From NCBI GenBank assembly GCA_965372795.1, contig CBDVDR010000002.1, positions 64,001 to 128,000 on the forward strand: a stretch of 64,000 nucleotides of DNA, read 5' to 3'. Of the stretch, positions 48,170 through 57,396 are shown piece after piece. The DNA comes from an uncultured bacterium (GTDB lineage Bacteria; Zixibacteria; MSB-5A5; GN15; FEB-12). The notes beneath the pieces were generated by a model. It was not told the origin of the DNA. It saw only the letters and a program-made list of their open reading frames with translations, and did not search any database. How positions within the stretch are numbered: position 1 is the stretch's first letter; each line of letters starts with the position of its first letter. The position numbers and the translations under genes were made by a program.

Positions 48170-48188
48170 AGGTTTTTTAGAATGGAAT

Positions 48189-49466
48189 GTGGTCAGAGAA
48201 AGGGAAAATGTGAAAAAATATCTATTTGTCGGGATAGTTATAGTTGTATTAATCGTTGGTTATTACGGGGTGAATGCTCTATTCACCAAAACTTATGAAA
48301 TTCCAACCACCTCAATTACTAATAGTGAATTTGTAATTTCACTAAAAACAACGGGTCGGGTAGATGCGGTTCGGGCGGTAACATTGTCAACGCCGAGAAT
48401 TCGCGGTCTACAAATTACCTGGCTGGCTCCCGAAGGCATTATTGTCAAAAAGGGTGCTCCGATAATTAAATTTGATGCTTCGAAACAGATGTCGGATTTG
48501 GCGGATAATGAATCTGATCTTAAGATAAAAAATTCAGCCTTACAACGGACGCGTCAGGAATATAATATTCAGGAAAAACAGCTGACTCTTGATCTTGAAA
48601 AATCACGTCGGAATTATGATGAGAAAAAACATGAAGCGGTCCGTATCGGCGAAGAGGCTAAGATGGAACTGGAACTGGCGGAACTTAATTTTAATGCAAA
48701 ACTTGACCAGCTAAAAGCTGATGTTGAAAAAGCGGAGGTGGAAGTTCAGCGGGCGAAAGATAAAGTTCAGTTAGCCACTAAAGAATTAGCCCAGATGACA
48801 ATCAACGCTGCTATTCCCGGTCTGGTCGTCTATCTTGAGATTTGGAAAGGCGGGACAATGGATAAGGTGCAGGAGGGTGATTCCCCCTGGCCGGGTCAGG
48901 GTTTAGTGAATATTCCCGATCTGTCGGAGATGAAAATTGAGACGACCGTTTCAGAAGTGGATGCCAACAAAGTTGATACCGGTCAGGCTGTGGAAGTTGT
49001 GCTGGATGCGTTTCCTGATGAAGTTTACGAAGGAGTGGTACTGTCCAAAAGCACTCTTGCCCGTAGAAAAGAATCGGGCTCAAAGATAAATGTATTTGAT
49101 GTTGAAGTGGCAATTACAAAACAGGATAAAAATTTCAAACCGGGAATGTCAGCCTCGTGTAATATTATTATAGAAAGAATCCCCGAGGTTCTGTCGGTGC
49201 CGCTTGAGTCAGTATTTGAAAAAGACGGGATCACGGTTGTCTATTTGAAAAACAAAAAAATGCGGGAAGTTGAAGTGGGCCGCAGGAATGATATGTCGAT
49301 TGAAATTGTGAGCGGGCTTGACGGTGACGAGGAAATTTGTCTGGTCGATCCAACTCTGGACGAACAGGGACTGCCCGGAGAACGGGCAACCGAACCGGAG
49401 TTGAATAAGAAAAAGAAGAAGGGCGGGAAGCCGAACGGTACAAAGCGGGTTAAAAAAGGTAAATAA
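48189..49466 (+). CDS. MacA-like periplasmic adaptor (MFP); start may be 48210
   Basis: N-terminal TM, lipoyl halves flanking a coiled coil, VSEVD..KV..GQ and FKPGMSA. Confidence 0.88.
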   Translation: MVRERENVKKYLFVGIVIVVLIVGYYGVNALFTKTYEIPTTSITNSEFVISLKTTGRVDAVRAVTLSTPRIRGLQITWLAPEGIIVKKGAPIIKFDASKQMSDLADNESDLKIKNSALQRTRQEYNIQEKQLTLDLEKSRRNYDEKKHEAVRIGEEAKMELELAELNFNAKLDQLKADVEKAEVEVQRAKDKVQLATKELAQMTINAAIPGLVVYLEIWKGGTMDKVQEGDSPWPGQGLVNIPDLSEMKIETTVSEVDANKVDTGQAVEVVLDAFPDEVYEGVVLSKSTLARRKESGSKINVFDVEVAITKQDKNFKPGMSASCNIIIERIPEVLSVPLESVFEKDGITVVYLKNKKMREVEVGRRNDMSIEIVSGLDGDEEICLVDPTLDEQGLPGERATEPELNKKKKKGGKPNGTKRVKKGK

Positions 49467-50776
49467 TGAATTACCAAAGAATTTTACAAGTTTCCCTCGG
49501 CGCTTTAACCGGTCACAAACTACGCACCTCACTTACGATGCTTGGTGTGATCTTTGGAGTCGCCGCAGTGATTGCAATGTTGTCAATTGGCGAAGGGGCA
49601 AAGCAGGAAGCGTTGGAACAGATTTCAATACTGGGGATTAATAATGTTATCGTCAATGCCAAGCCTCCCGAAGAAGGGCTTTCCTCTACTATAAACCTCG
49701 CCCGATCGCCCGGTCTTTCTATTCTTGACGGTGAAAATATTGCACAATTTTCTGCTATGATTGAGAATGTTATACCTCAACGGTATGAACCGATAACAAC
49801 CATTTATAATGGTTCTGAGGAAGCTTCCGTTCGAGTTGTTGCAACTAATCCCGATTTTGTATTAGCATCCTCGATAGAAGTTGAAACGGGGCGGTTCATT
49901 ACTGATCGCGATAATCAAGATTTTTCCCAGATTTGTGTTTTGGGCGCCAATGCGAAAAGGTCGCTTTTCATTTTTGATGATCCGATTGGAAAAAGCGTTA
50001 AAATCGGCGAATTGAGTTTTACGGTTGTCGGGGTGATGGCTGATAAATATATCGGGCGCGGCAAAGTTGAAGGGTTCGAGCTGAAAAATTTTAATGAAGA
50101 TGTTTATATTCCGTTAAAAACAGCCCAGAAGAAATTTGATCGCACCCAATTGAACAGCGGCGGGGGCGGCGGCAGGCATTTTTATAGATTTTCTTCGGGC
50201 GATAATGCTGATCAAAAATATAATACTCCGGAGTTGGATCAGCTGACGATTACAGTTACTGATCTTAAATATATTAAACCGGTAACAGCTCTGGTCGAGA
50301 AAATTCTGAGACGCAGACATTCGGGCGTTGATGATTATGAAATTGTGGTGCCGGAATCGCTGCTGAGACAGACTCGAAAAACTCAGCAGATATTTAATAT
50401 TGTGATGGGGGCGATTGCGGGGATTGCTTTACTGGTCGGGGGTATAGGAATTATGAATATTATGCTGGCAACGGTGCTTGAACGAACGCGTGAAATCGGT
50501 ATCAGGCGGGCAATCGGGGCAACCCAGGTAGATATTTTAAGACAGTTTTTAATAGAGGCGGTGGCAATTTGTTTGACGGGGTGCGGTATTGGCGTGCTGG
50601 TTGGAATTGTACTTGCCAAAGCCATCGCATTTTATGCTGACTGGCCGACAATCGTATCGTTTTTCTCAATCTTTTTGTCAGTTGGCGTATCAACAACGGT
50701 TGGGGTAGTTTTCGGATTGTATCCGGCAAGACAAGCCTCACGCCTGAATGTAATCGACGCCTTGCGGTATGAGTAA
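49466..50776 (+). CDS. MacB/FtsX-family ABC permease (no fused ATPase)
   Basis: LTMLGVIFGVAAVI, VGGIGIMNIMLATVLERTREIGIRRAIGA and FGLYPA...ALRYE. Confidence 0.93.
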   Translation: MNYQRILQVSLGALTGHKLRTSLTMLGVIFGVAAVIAMLSIGEGAKQEALEQISILGINNVIVNAKPPEEGLSSTINLARSPGLSILDGENIAQFSAMIENVIPQRYEPITTIYNGSEEASVRVVATNPDFVLASSIEVETGRFITDRDNQDFSQICVLGANAKRSLFIFDDPIGKSVKIGELSFTVVGVMADKYIGRGKVEGFELKNFNEDVYIPLKTAQKKFDRTQLNSGGGGGRHFYRFSSGDNADQKYNTPELDQLTITVTDLKYIKPVTALVEKILRRRHSGVDDYEIVVPESLLRQTRKTQQIFNIVMGAIAGIALLVGGIGIMNIMLATVLERTREIGIRRAIGATQVDILRQFLIEAVAICLTGCGIGVLVGIVLAKAIAFYADWPTIVSFFSIFLSVGVSTTVGVVFGLYPARQASRLNVIDALRYE

Positions 50777-50806
50777 ATTTATAATGACGTTTCTGAATGG
50801 AGCCTT

Positions 50807-52258
50807 ATGTATCGAAGATTAATGATATTTCTATTTTGCACCATAGGCATTAGTGTAATTTCAATAAATGCAGCCGAGGTGATAACTCTTGATGATGCCT
50901 TAAACATTGCGATTGGTCACTCGAGCCGGGGAGAAATTATCAAGGGCAGTCTTGAAGTAGCCGAGAAACAGTACTTTGCCAAAAAGGTTAATTTTTATGT
51001 GCCAAAAGTAATGTTGAACAGCTCGCTGCCATCTTATTCAGTTAATGAATCGTTCCGGTTTTTCGGGGGAGCAACCCAAAAGTCATTATTCAAGACCACT
51101 GATTTTGATTTTCGTTCCAACATTCAACTGAATCAAAGTTTGATTACCGGCGGTGATTTGTCGGTGACGGCTAATTTGAATCGTTCCGATGCCAAATATC
51201 CAAACACCGCTTTAGGTCAGGAGATATCGGAGCTTTCACAATTAGGGTTTTTTGATTTTAATTTTGTTCAGCCGCTGCTCCAACCTTCAACCCCAAAATT
51301 TGATCTTAATAACAGTCGTGATGATCTTGAGATTGCGCGGCTGACCCAGCTTGAAGCTATAGGTTCGTTAAAAAGCGAAGTTACCGAATCTTATATGGGG
51401 GTGCTGGTGACAACTCTGCAAAAAGAGATTGTCGCTGATAAAATAGAATCAGCCTACCTTAAAGCGGGAATTGATTCGTTAAAATTAATCGATGGTGTAA
51501 TTTCTGAGGAGGACTGGCTGGAAACATCCTCGGCGTTCCTTGATGCGGAACTTGAGCAGTTTGAAATAACAAACCAGTACGATGAGAAAATCAGAGAATT
51601 AACGAATCTTTTGGATTTAGACAGTGATAAAGAATTTAAGGCAGAAATTCCGGTGGTTCCTTCGGTGTTGACTACTTCAGAAAAAAAGAAAGCAGTTGAG
51701 AACTGGGAACATTCGGCTTCATTAAAAAGAGCCAAGTATCAATATGAAAAGGAAAAAAGAGCGGCAGATTTTCAAGCCGGTTCGCATGGCTTAACGGGGA
51801 ATCTGACGGCCAATTATTCTCTGGGTCGAGGGAAGGTTAAAACTGATAGCCGTCCAGATGATGATATTGAAACCAACAGCTGGGGGCTGTCGATCAACCT
51901 GACTTATCCCTTGTGGGATGGGGGAGCCTCGAAAGCGGCGGTTAATGCGGCTTATCTATCGGCTGAAAAATCGAGACTTGAGTATGACAGTAAAAGGAAA
52001 TCTTCGCAGGCAGAAATTATTAATTTGATCAACCGGATTGATGTAAGTCATCGAAAATTGGAAGTGCTGAACAAACAGACGGATCTTGCCAGAAACAGAT
52101 TGAAAATTGCCCAGTTTCGGATGGATGACGGGCAGATTTCTAAAACTGAATATTTGAGCAGTCATATCGGACATCTTGAGGCACGAATTAAATATATTGA
52201 AGAATTAAAGAAAAATATAATTGACAGAATAACTTTGATGAGTCAATATAGATCATAA
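50807..52258 (+). CDS. TolC-family outer membrane factor
   Basis: Signal peptide, TLDDALNIA, YPLWDGG and duplicated OEP architecture. Confidence 0.85.
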   Translation: MYRRLMIFLFCTIGISVISINAAEVITLDDALNIAIGHSSRGEIIKGSLEVAEKQYFAKKVNFYVPKVMLNSSLPSYSVNESFRFFGGATQKSLFKTTDFDFRSNIQLNQSLITGGDLSVTANLNRSDAKYPNTALGQEISELSQLGFFDFNFVQPLLQPSTPKFDLNNSRDDLEIARLTQLEAIGSLKSEVTESYMGVLVTTLQKEIVADKIESAYLKAGIDSLKLIDGVISEEDWLETSSAFLDAELEQFEITNQYDEKIRELTNLLDLDSDKEFKAEIPVVPSVLTTSEKKKAVENWEHSASLKRAKYQYEKEKRAADFQAGSHGLTGNLTANYSLGRGKVKTDSRPDDDIETNSWGLSINLTYPLWDGGASKAAVNAAYLSAEKSRLEYDSKRKSSQAEIINLINRIDVSHRKLEVLNKQTDLARNRLKIAQFRMDDGQISKTEYLSSHIGHLEARIKYIEELKKNIIDRITLMSQYRS

Positions 52259-53289
52259 TGGCTCAAAAGATTTTAATAAGAACCCCGAATCATCTGGGTG
52301 ACTGTATCATGGCTCTGCCCATGATAAGCGAAGTCGGAGAAGCATATCCGGGGGCGAGGGTCTCAATCTTAGTACCGGACTATCTGGCTGAGATTTTTGA
52401 AGCTAATCCATCTATAGATGAAATTATAAAGCTTCCTCCTAATGCCGTGCACGGATTATTGGCGGTAATGAAAATTAAAGATATTATTGCACCTTATGAT
52501 TTTGATTTAGGGTATGTCCTGCCGCCATCTTTCGGGGCGGTTGCCGGTTTTAAACTGGGCGGTATCAATAAGCGGATTGGATATATCGCCGATGGCAGAC
52601 GGCTGTTACTTACCAAAGCTATAACACTTCCGGCTCCATTAAATGCTGAACATCGCAGCCGGTTGTATTTTAATCTGCTTTTAAGGAGCTGCGATACGAA
52701 ACTTGAATATGTTCCCCCGAAGCTGTTCCTTAATGATACCGATCTTCAAAACGGCGAAAAGATACTGGCTCAATTTGGAATTGAGGGTGATTCAAATTAT
52801 GCGGTAATTGCATATCAAGCTATTGCTGAATCGAGAAGATGGGGGATTAAAAATTATACGGAACTGTGCAAGAGGATTATTTCAAAATACAATTGTAAAA
52901 TAGTATTAATGGGTGGGGCTGAAGAACAAAAAACGGGTGATGAGATGGCTGCCTCAACCGGAGGCGGTGAAGTAATCAATTTAGCCGGTCGGACATCAAT
53001 CAGGGAATCAGCCTCGATAATGTCTCAGGCTAAATTTTTTGTCGGGAATGATTCGGGAGCGGCACACCTCGCCGCATCAGTCGGCTCGCCTTTAGTAGTG
53101 TTATCAGGAGCCGATGATCCGCAGTCAACCTCACCGATCTCAAAAAGTAAGCGAATGATCTATCTGGACAAATTAGAATGTATCAGCTGTGTGAAAAATA
53201 AATGTCTGTTGAAAAATGATGAATTTATGCAGTGTATGACCGGAATCAGGGTTGAAATGGTACTTGAAGAGATCAATAAGTTAGTTTAG
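52258..53289 (+). CDS. waaF: LPS heptosyltransferase II (GT9)
   Basis: PNHLGDCIMALP, NLAGRTS and GNDSGAAHLAA. Confidence 0.88.
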   Translation: MAQKILIRTPNHLGDCIMALPMISEVGEAYPGARVSILVPDYLAEIFEANPSIDEIIKLPPNAVHGLLAVMKIKDIIAPYDFDLGYVLPPSFGAVAGFKLGGINKRIGYIADGRRLLLTKAITLPAPLNAEHRSRLYFNLLLRSCDTKLEYVPPKLFLNDTDLQNGEKILAQFGIEGDSNYAVIAYQAIAESRRWGIKNYTELCKRIISKYNCKIVLMGGAEEQKTGDEMAASTGGGEVINLAGRTSIRESASIMSQAKFFVGNDSGAAHLAASVGSPLVVLSGADDPQSTSPISKSKRMIYLDKLECISCVKNKCLLKNDEFMQCMTGIRVEMVLEEINKLV

Positions 53290-53302
53290 TAGTATAAAAA
53301 TA

Positions 53303-53464
53303 CTAGTTAATATCATCATCATCTTCTTCTTCAAAAATTGAATCATCATCTTCATTAAAAATTGAATTATCAGATTCGTTATTATAGGGTTGTTCAGATT
53401 TATTTTGTTCTGGTTTTCCCCAAGAAAATAAGGATTTTAATAAACTGATTATATATTGTCGCAT
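53303..53464 (-). CDS. 53-aa micro-protein with amphipathic N-terminus and acidic tail, probably leaderless
   Basis: MRQYIISLLKSLFSWGKPEQNKSEQPYNNESDNSIFNEDDDSIFEEEDDDDIN. The ATG lies 7 nt after a perfect -10 box. Confidence 0.6.
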   Translation of the reverse strand: MRQYIISLLKSLFSWGKPEQNKSEQPYNNESDNSIFNEDDDSIFEEEDDDDIN

Positions 53465-53470
53465 AATGAA

Positions 53471-53499
53471 ATTATATCTTTAAAAGAGTATATTGTCAA
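53471..53499 (-). promoter_or_regulatory. Perfect consensus sigma70 promoter
   Basis: Minus strand TTGACA (53499-53494) N17 TATAAT (53476-53471). Confidence 0.8.
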
Positions 53500-53826
53500 T
53501 ATAAAGGATTAATAAATGATGAATTTATGCAGTGTATGACCGGAATCAGGGTTGAAATGGTACTTGAAGAGATCGATAAGTTAGTTTAAAAGCAAAAAGA
53601 TCACTTACATCACATCACATTTGTAGCAAATAAATATTATATAGTTATATATCAGAGAGTTACGATGCGATGCTGATCATTGAAAATAGAATTGTCTGTT
53701 AATTTTATAGATTTATAAACTAATATCAAAATTTCATGTATAATGCGAAGAAATGATTAAACGATTTGTGTCCAAGAACGTTATTTTTTATGGTTGTCGC
53801 AGAAGCTGCGTTGCGTAAAATATTGC

Positions 53827-53854
53827 TTGACAATCTGATAGCATTTTCTATCTT
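53827..53854 (+). promoter_or_regulatory. Sigma70-like promoter of the peptide/TPR-activator operon
   Basis: TTGACA-N16-TATCTT. Confidence 0.5.
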
Positions 53855-53961
53855 AAAGTCAGCAAGAGTTGCGAATGCGTAACTCGTCATGTTTTAAAGT
53901 CTTATGAACGAAATCTATATTTTTTGCATATTTTTTTAATAATTTTCTGGAGGTAGGCATT

Positions 53962-54321
53962 ATGAGAAGCTCTAAACTAAAATTAATGATGATAATTTTA
54001 TCATTATTATTAGTTAGCTTTTTGTCCGTGCCTGTCTATTCCGGCAACGGTGACGAAGATCCATGGGATGCTGATGGTACCGATGGTCCAAATGATGGAA
54101 CAATCGGCGACATTGTGATACCTGGTCATGAATTAAAATCAATCGAGATTGAAGATGACCCGGGCATGGTAACTCCTTTGGATAACTTGATCTTCTCAAT
54201 ATCCTTTGAGATAGTAAATTTCTTTTATGGAAGTTCAAGAATGCCAACCAGTCAGTTGCTGGTAAATAGAAGTGTTACGGATAGCCGTATAAATGGTTCG
54301 GTTAATTTGAGTCAGAAGTAA
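53962..54321 (+). CDS. Small secreted protein / putative pro-peptide
   Basis: GGAGG RBS. Signal peptide ending VPVYS, then acidic GNGDEDPWDADG. Confidence 0.7.
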   Translation: MRSSKLKLMMIILSLLLVSFLSVPVYSGNGDEDPWDADGTDGPNDGTIGDIVIPGHELKSIEIEDDPGMVTPLDNLIFSISFEIVNFFYGSSRMPTSQLLVNRSVTDSRINGSVNLSQK

Positions 54322-54356
54322 TTGACAAATAACCATTAAATTTTAAACACAAAAGA

Positions 54357-57284
54357 GTGATGAATAAACCCTCACCTAAAATCACTTTTGATAACCGTCT
54401 CATTGCTGTGGAAGAGCAATTAAAGCAGAGGTTTTACAGTTCTGCCATAAAGGATTTGGCCGAGCTGTCGGAATCGATGTTTCCCGCAAATTATGAGCAA
54501 GGGTTATTTTACTTACTCAAAGCAGAAGTAGAGTACTTTGAGGGTAATTATCGTAAATCACTTGAATTAGGACTCAAAGCGGCAAGAATCCTTGCCGGAT
54601 TTCCATTAAATTGTCGTTATGGCAGAGCTCAAATAATTCTTTCAAAATCATATTCCGCCCTTGGTGATTTAAAAAATGCAGAGATGCGCGCCCGCGATTC
54701 ATTGTCTGCTTATCGCCGGGCAACAGAGAAGGTTGGACAGGTTGATGCTCTGAACGAATTAGCGCGTATTTCGCATATCCGTTGTAATTATCATTCAGCC
54801 GGTGAGTATCTTGAGGATGCGATTTCGATGTTGATTGATTCGCCTCGTAAAACAGCCCAATTATCCGGTAACCTGGGTATGATAAAAGTCAGAACCGGGC
54901 AGTGGGATGAGGCGGAAGAAAACCTTCAGGATGCTTTAAAGTTTAATCAGCAGAATAAAGAAGAGATTTCAACAGCGATAAATCTTTTATCGCTTGGATA
55001 TTTACAATTAAGACGCCGTCATTTTATAATGGCGAGTCGTAATTTTGATCAGGCTCTTGAAATTATCAGCCGTTTGGGTTTGAAAAGAGAAAAAGTTATT
55101 CATCTGGAGTATGCCGGAGAATTAGCATTTGAAAAGGGTGATATCTTCAAGGCGAAAGCATTTTTAAGTGATGCTTACCAGAAGGGTATGATGCTGGCAC
55201 CGGGATCTTCATTAGTATCTCAAACGAGCCGTCGTTTAGGCGAAGTAGAACTTGCCCTGGATAATATTGATGATGCGATGAAATATGCCCAGAAGGCATT
55301 GGAGCTTTCATCTTCATTGGGTGAGAAACTTGAGATCGGCTTGTCACACAGAGTGATAGCTCAAGTATTTGTTTCCAAAGGCGATTATCAGTCAGCTTTG
55401 GAATATATTGATCAGGCGGTTGATATTTTACGAACCGTTGACGAGCCTTATGAATTAGCCCGCACGCTTTTAGTTCAATCTGATGTAAAAAACAATTCCC
55501 GGATAGACTCATCAGATTCAATAGACAAAATATTGCATGATGCCTTGAAAATTTTCAAGAAACTGAAACTTGAATTTTGGATAGCAAAAACAGATTATGA
55601 AATAGGCGTTTATTCCTGTCAGACGGGAAATCTTTCGAGCGGATTCAGACAGCTCAATCGAGCCGAGAAAATTTTCAGCAAGCTTGATGAACAGCCGGAA
55701 CTTAGAACCGTAAACAAATTTTTAAAGTCTCTTTCAGATCAGGCAGTAGCCTTATCAATTTCAAATCAGAATAAATTTAAAGTATTCGGCAACCTTGTCA
55801 CGCCCAACGATGAGTCTGATTTGGAAAGCGACCGGATGGAAGATATTCTTAGGGTTGTTTTAAAGAAAACCGATGGCGACCGCGCCGTTATTTATGCCCC
55901 TGATAATGAAGATGAGCAAGTTATAGCATCCTGTCCGATGAAAGAAGATAATGTCAGGCAATTTGTTACTAATTTTGAGAAGCTTTTAGGTGAAGAGGTT
56001 TCGAAACACAAGCCAACCTTGTTGCTTGATTGCCGGCGGGATCCATTTATTAATGGGCTGTTTAAAGATATCGCTGCCCAGATTGGATCTGTTATTGTAA
56101 TACCATTTAAGATGGCGACTAACGGGACTTGTTATTTATATCTTGATCGTATCTCACGGGAGAATACTTTGAATCCATTCAGTCAGGAGCAATTGAATTT
56201 TTCAGTCGGTTTCTCAGATTTGATCGGGTTTAAATGGACTGAAATTCAAAAGAATCTGCTGCTTGAGGATAATTTACGGCTTAAATCACAATTGATGGAG
56301 AAAGCCACTTTTTCGAAGATTATCACTCAGGATCATAATTTCCTTGAAATGTTAGCCCAGGTGCAGCATGTTGTAAATTCAAGTATTTCAATTTCAATCG
56401 AGGGTGATACCGGATGCGGCAAAGACCTTTTTGCCCGTGCGATTCATTATAATTCAGTAAGAAGAGATAAACGGTTTATCTCGGTGAACTGTGCGGCGTT
56501 GCCGGAGAGTTTACTTGAGTCGGAACTGTTTGGATATGTTCGCGGAGCCTTTACCGGAGCTGACCGTGATAAAGCGGGACTGTTTGAAGAGGCTGACGGC
56601 GGAACATTTTTCTTAGATGAAATCGCTGATATGCCGATGAGTGTGCAGGCGAAGATATTGCGGGTGCTTGAGTCAAAAGAGATTGTACGTCTTGGTGATT
56701 CGATCCCTAAAAAAATAGATGTTCGGATACTTTCTGCGACTAATAAGAATCTTAAAGAGCAAATGGATGCCCGACTATTCCGTCAGGACCTTTATTTCAG
56801 ACTGGCTGCCTTTACATTTAAACTGCCCGCCCTGAGTGAACGGCGCGGCGATATACCGTTATTGGTTGACCATTTCTTAAAAGGCAGTTCGAAGAAAATT
56901 TCTGCGGATGTGCTCAAAGCCTTTGATGGCTACGATTGGCCGGGAAATATCCGTGAACTTGAGAATGAGATCAAAAAACTGGTGCTTCTGTCGGGTGACA
57001 GCGTACTGATTGACACTTCGTTATTATCAAACCAGTTTAAAGAGAGCAATACTGTCTCTGATAATTCTGAAAAAGCATTGTTTGATTCTACAAAATCAAT
57101 CTCATTTAATGATGATTATTCTTTGTATGATTTCCTGTCTGAACATGAGAAAAGATTCATTATCAACGCCCTCAAAGAGAAATTGGGTGTGAAGAAACAT
57201 GCTGCGGCTTTACTAAAAATCCCCGAATCGACCCTTCGTCTGAAGATCAAACAGTATAATATTGACATAAAAAATCTTCACTAA
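54357..57284 (+). CDS. TPR-GAF-sigma54 AAA+ enhancer-binding protein with Fis-type HTH
   Basis: About 450 aa of TPR-like helices, a GAF-like region, GDTGCGKD, GAFTGA, WPGNIRELENE and a C-terminal HTH. Confidence 0.92.
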   Translation: MMNKPSPKITFDNRLIAVEEQLKQRFYSSAIKDLAELSESMFPANYEQGLFYLLKAEVEYFEGNYRKSLELGLKAARILAGFPLNCRYGRAQIILSKSYSALGDLKNAEMRARDSLSAYRRATEKVGQVDALNELARISHIRCNYHSAGEYLEDAISMLIDSPRKTAQLSGNLGMIKVRTGQWDEAEENLQDALKFNQQNKEEISTAINLLSLGYLQLRRRHFIMASRNFDQALEIISRLGLKREKVIHLEYAGELAFEKGDIFKAKAFLSDAYQKGMMLAPGSSLVSQTSRRLGEVELALDNIDDAMKYAQKALELSSSLGEKLEIGLSHRVIAQVFVSKGDYQSALEYIDQAVDILRTVDEPYELARTLLVQSDVKNNSRIDSSDSIDKILHDALKIFKKLKLEFWIAKTDYEIGVYSCQTGNLSSGFRQLNRAEKIFSKLDEQPELRTVNKFLKSLSDQAVALSISNQNKFKVFGNLVTPNDESDLESDRMEDILRVVLKKTDGDRAVIYAPDNEDEQVIASCPMKEDNVRQFVTNFEKLLGEEVSKHKPTLLLDCRRDPFINGLFKDIAAQIGSVIVIPFKMATNGTCYLYLDRISRENTLNPFSQEQLNFSVGFSDLIGFKWTEIQKNLLLEDNLRLKSQLMEKATFSKIITQDHNFLEMLAQVQHVVNSSISISIEGDTGCGKDLFARAIHYNSVRRDKRFISVNCAALPESLLESELFGYVRGAFTGADRDKAGLFEEADGGTFFLDEIADMPMSVQAKILRVLESKEIVRLGDSIPKKIDVRILSATNKNLKEQMDARLFRQDLYFRLAAFTFKLPALSERRGDIPLLVDHFLKGSSKKISADVLKAFDGYDWPGNIRELENEIKKLVLLSGDSVLIDTSLLSNQFKESNTVSDNSEKALFDSTKSISFNDDYSLYDFLSEHEKRFIINALKEKLGVKKHAAALLKIPESTLRLKIKQYNIDIKNLH

Positions 57285-57396
57285 CTGACCTTCCTTTTTA
57301 ATCATTATATAATCTGAATTAACTCGCCTGAAGAAGCGTCAACTGTTCTTGTTGACTTATTTTAAGGAGCCGCCTACTTTTTTAATGAATTCATAA

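Larger units (their letters stand above)
53214..53588 (+). repeat. 75-bp direct duplication of the waaF 3' end, 300 bp apart
   Basis: 53214-53288 vs 53514-53588, identical except at 53275/53575. Confidence 0.97.

Noticed and set aside
53214..53588. Prophage or IS integration with intact mobility genes
   Set aside because: Only 225 bp lie between the repeats and there is no recombinase. Kept only as a scar/mini-insert.
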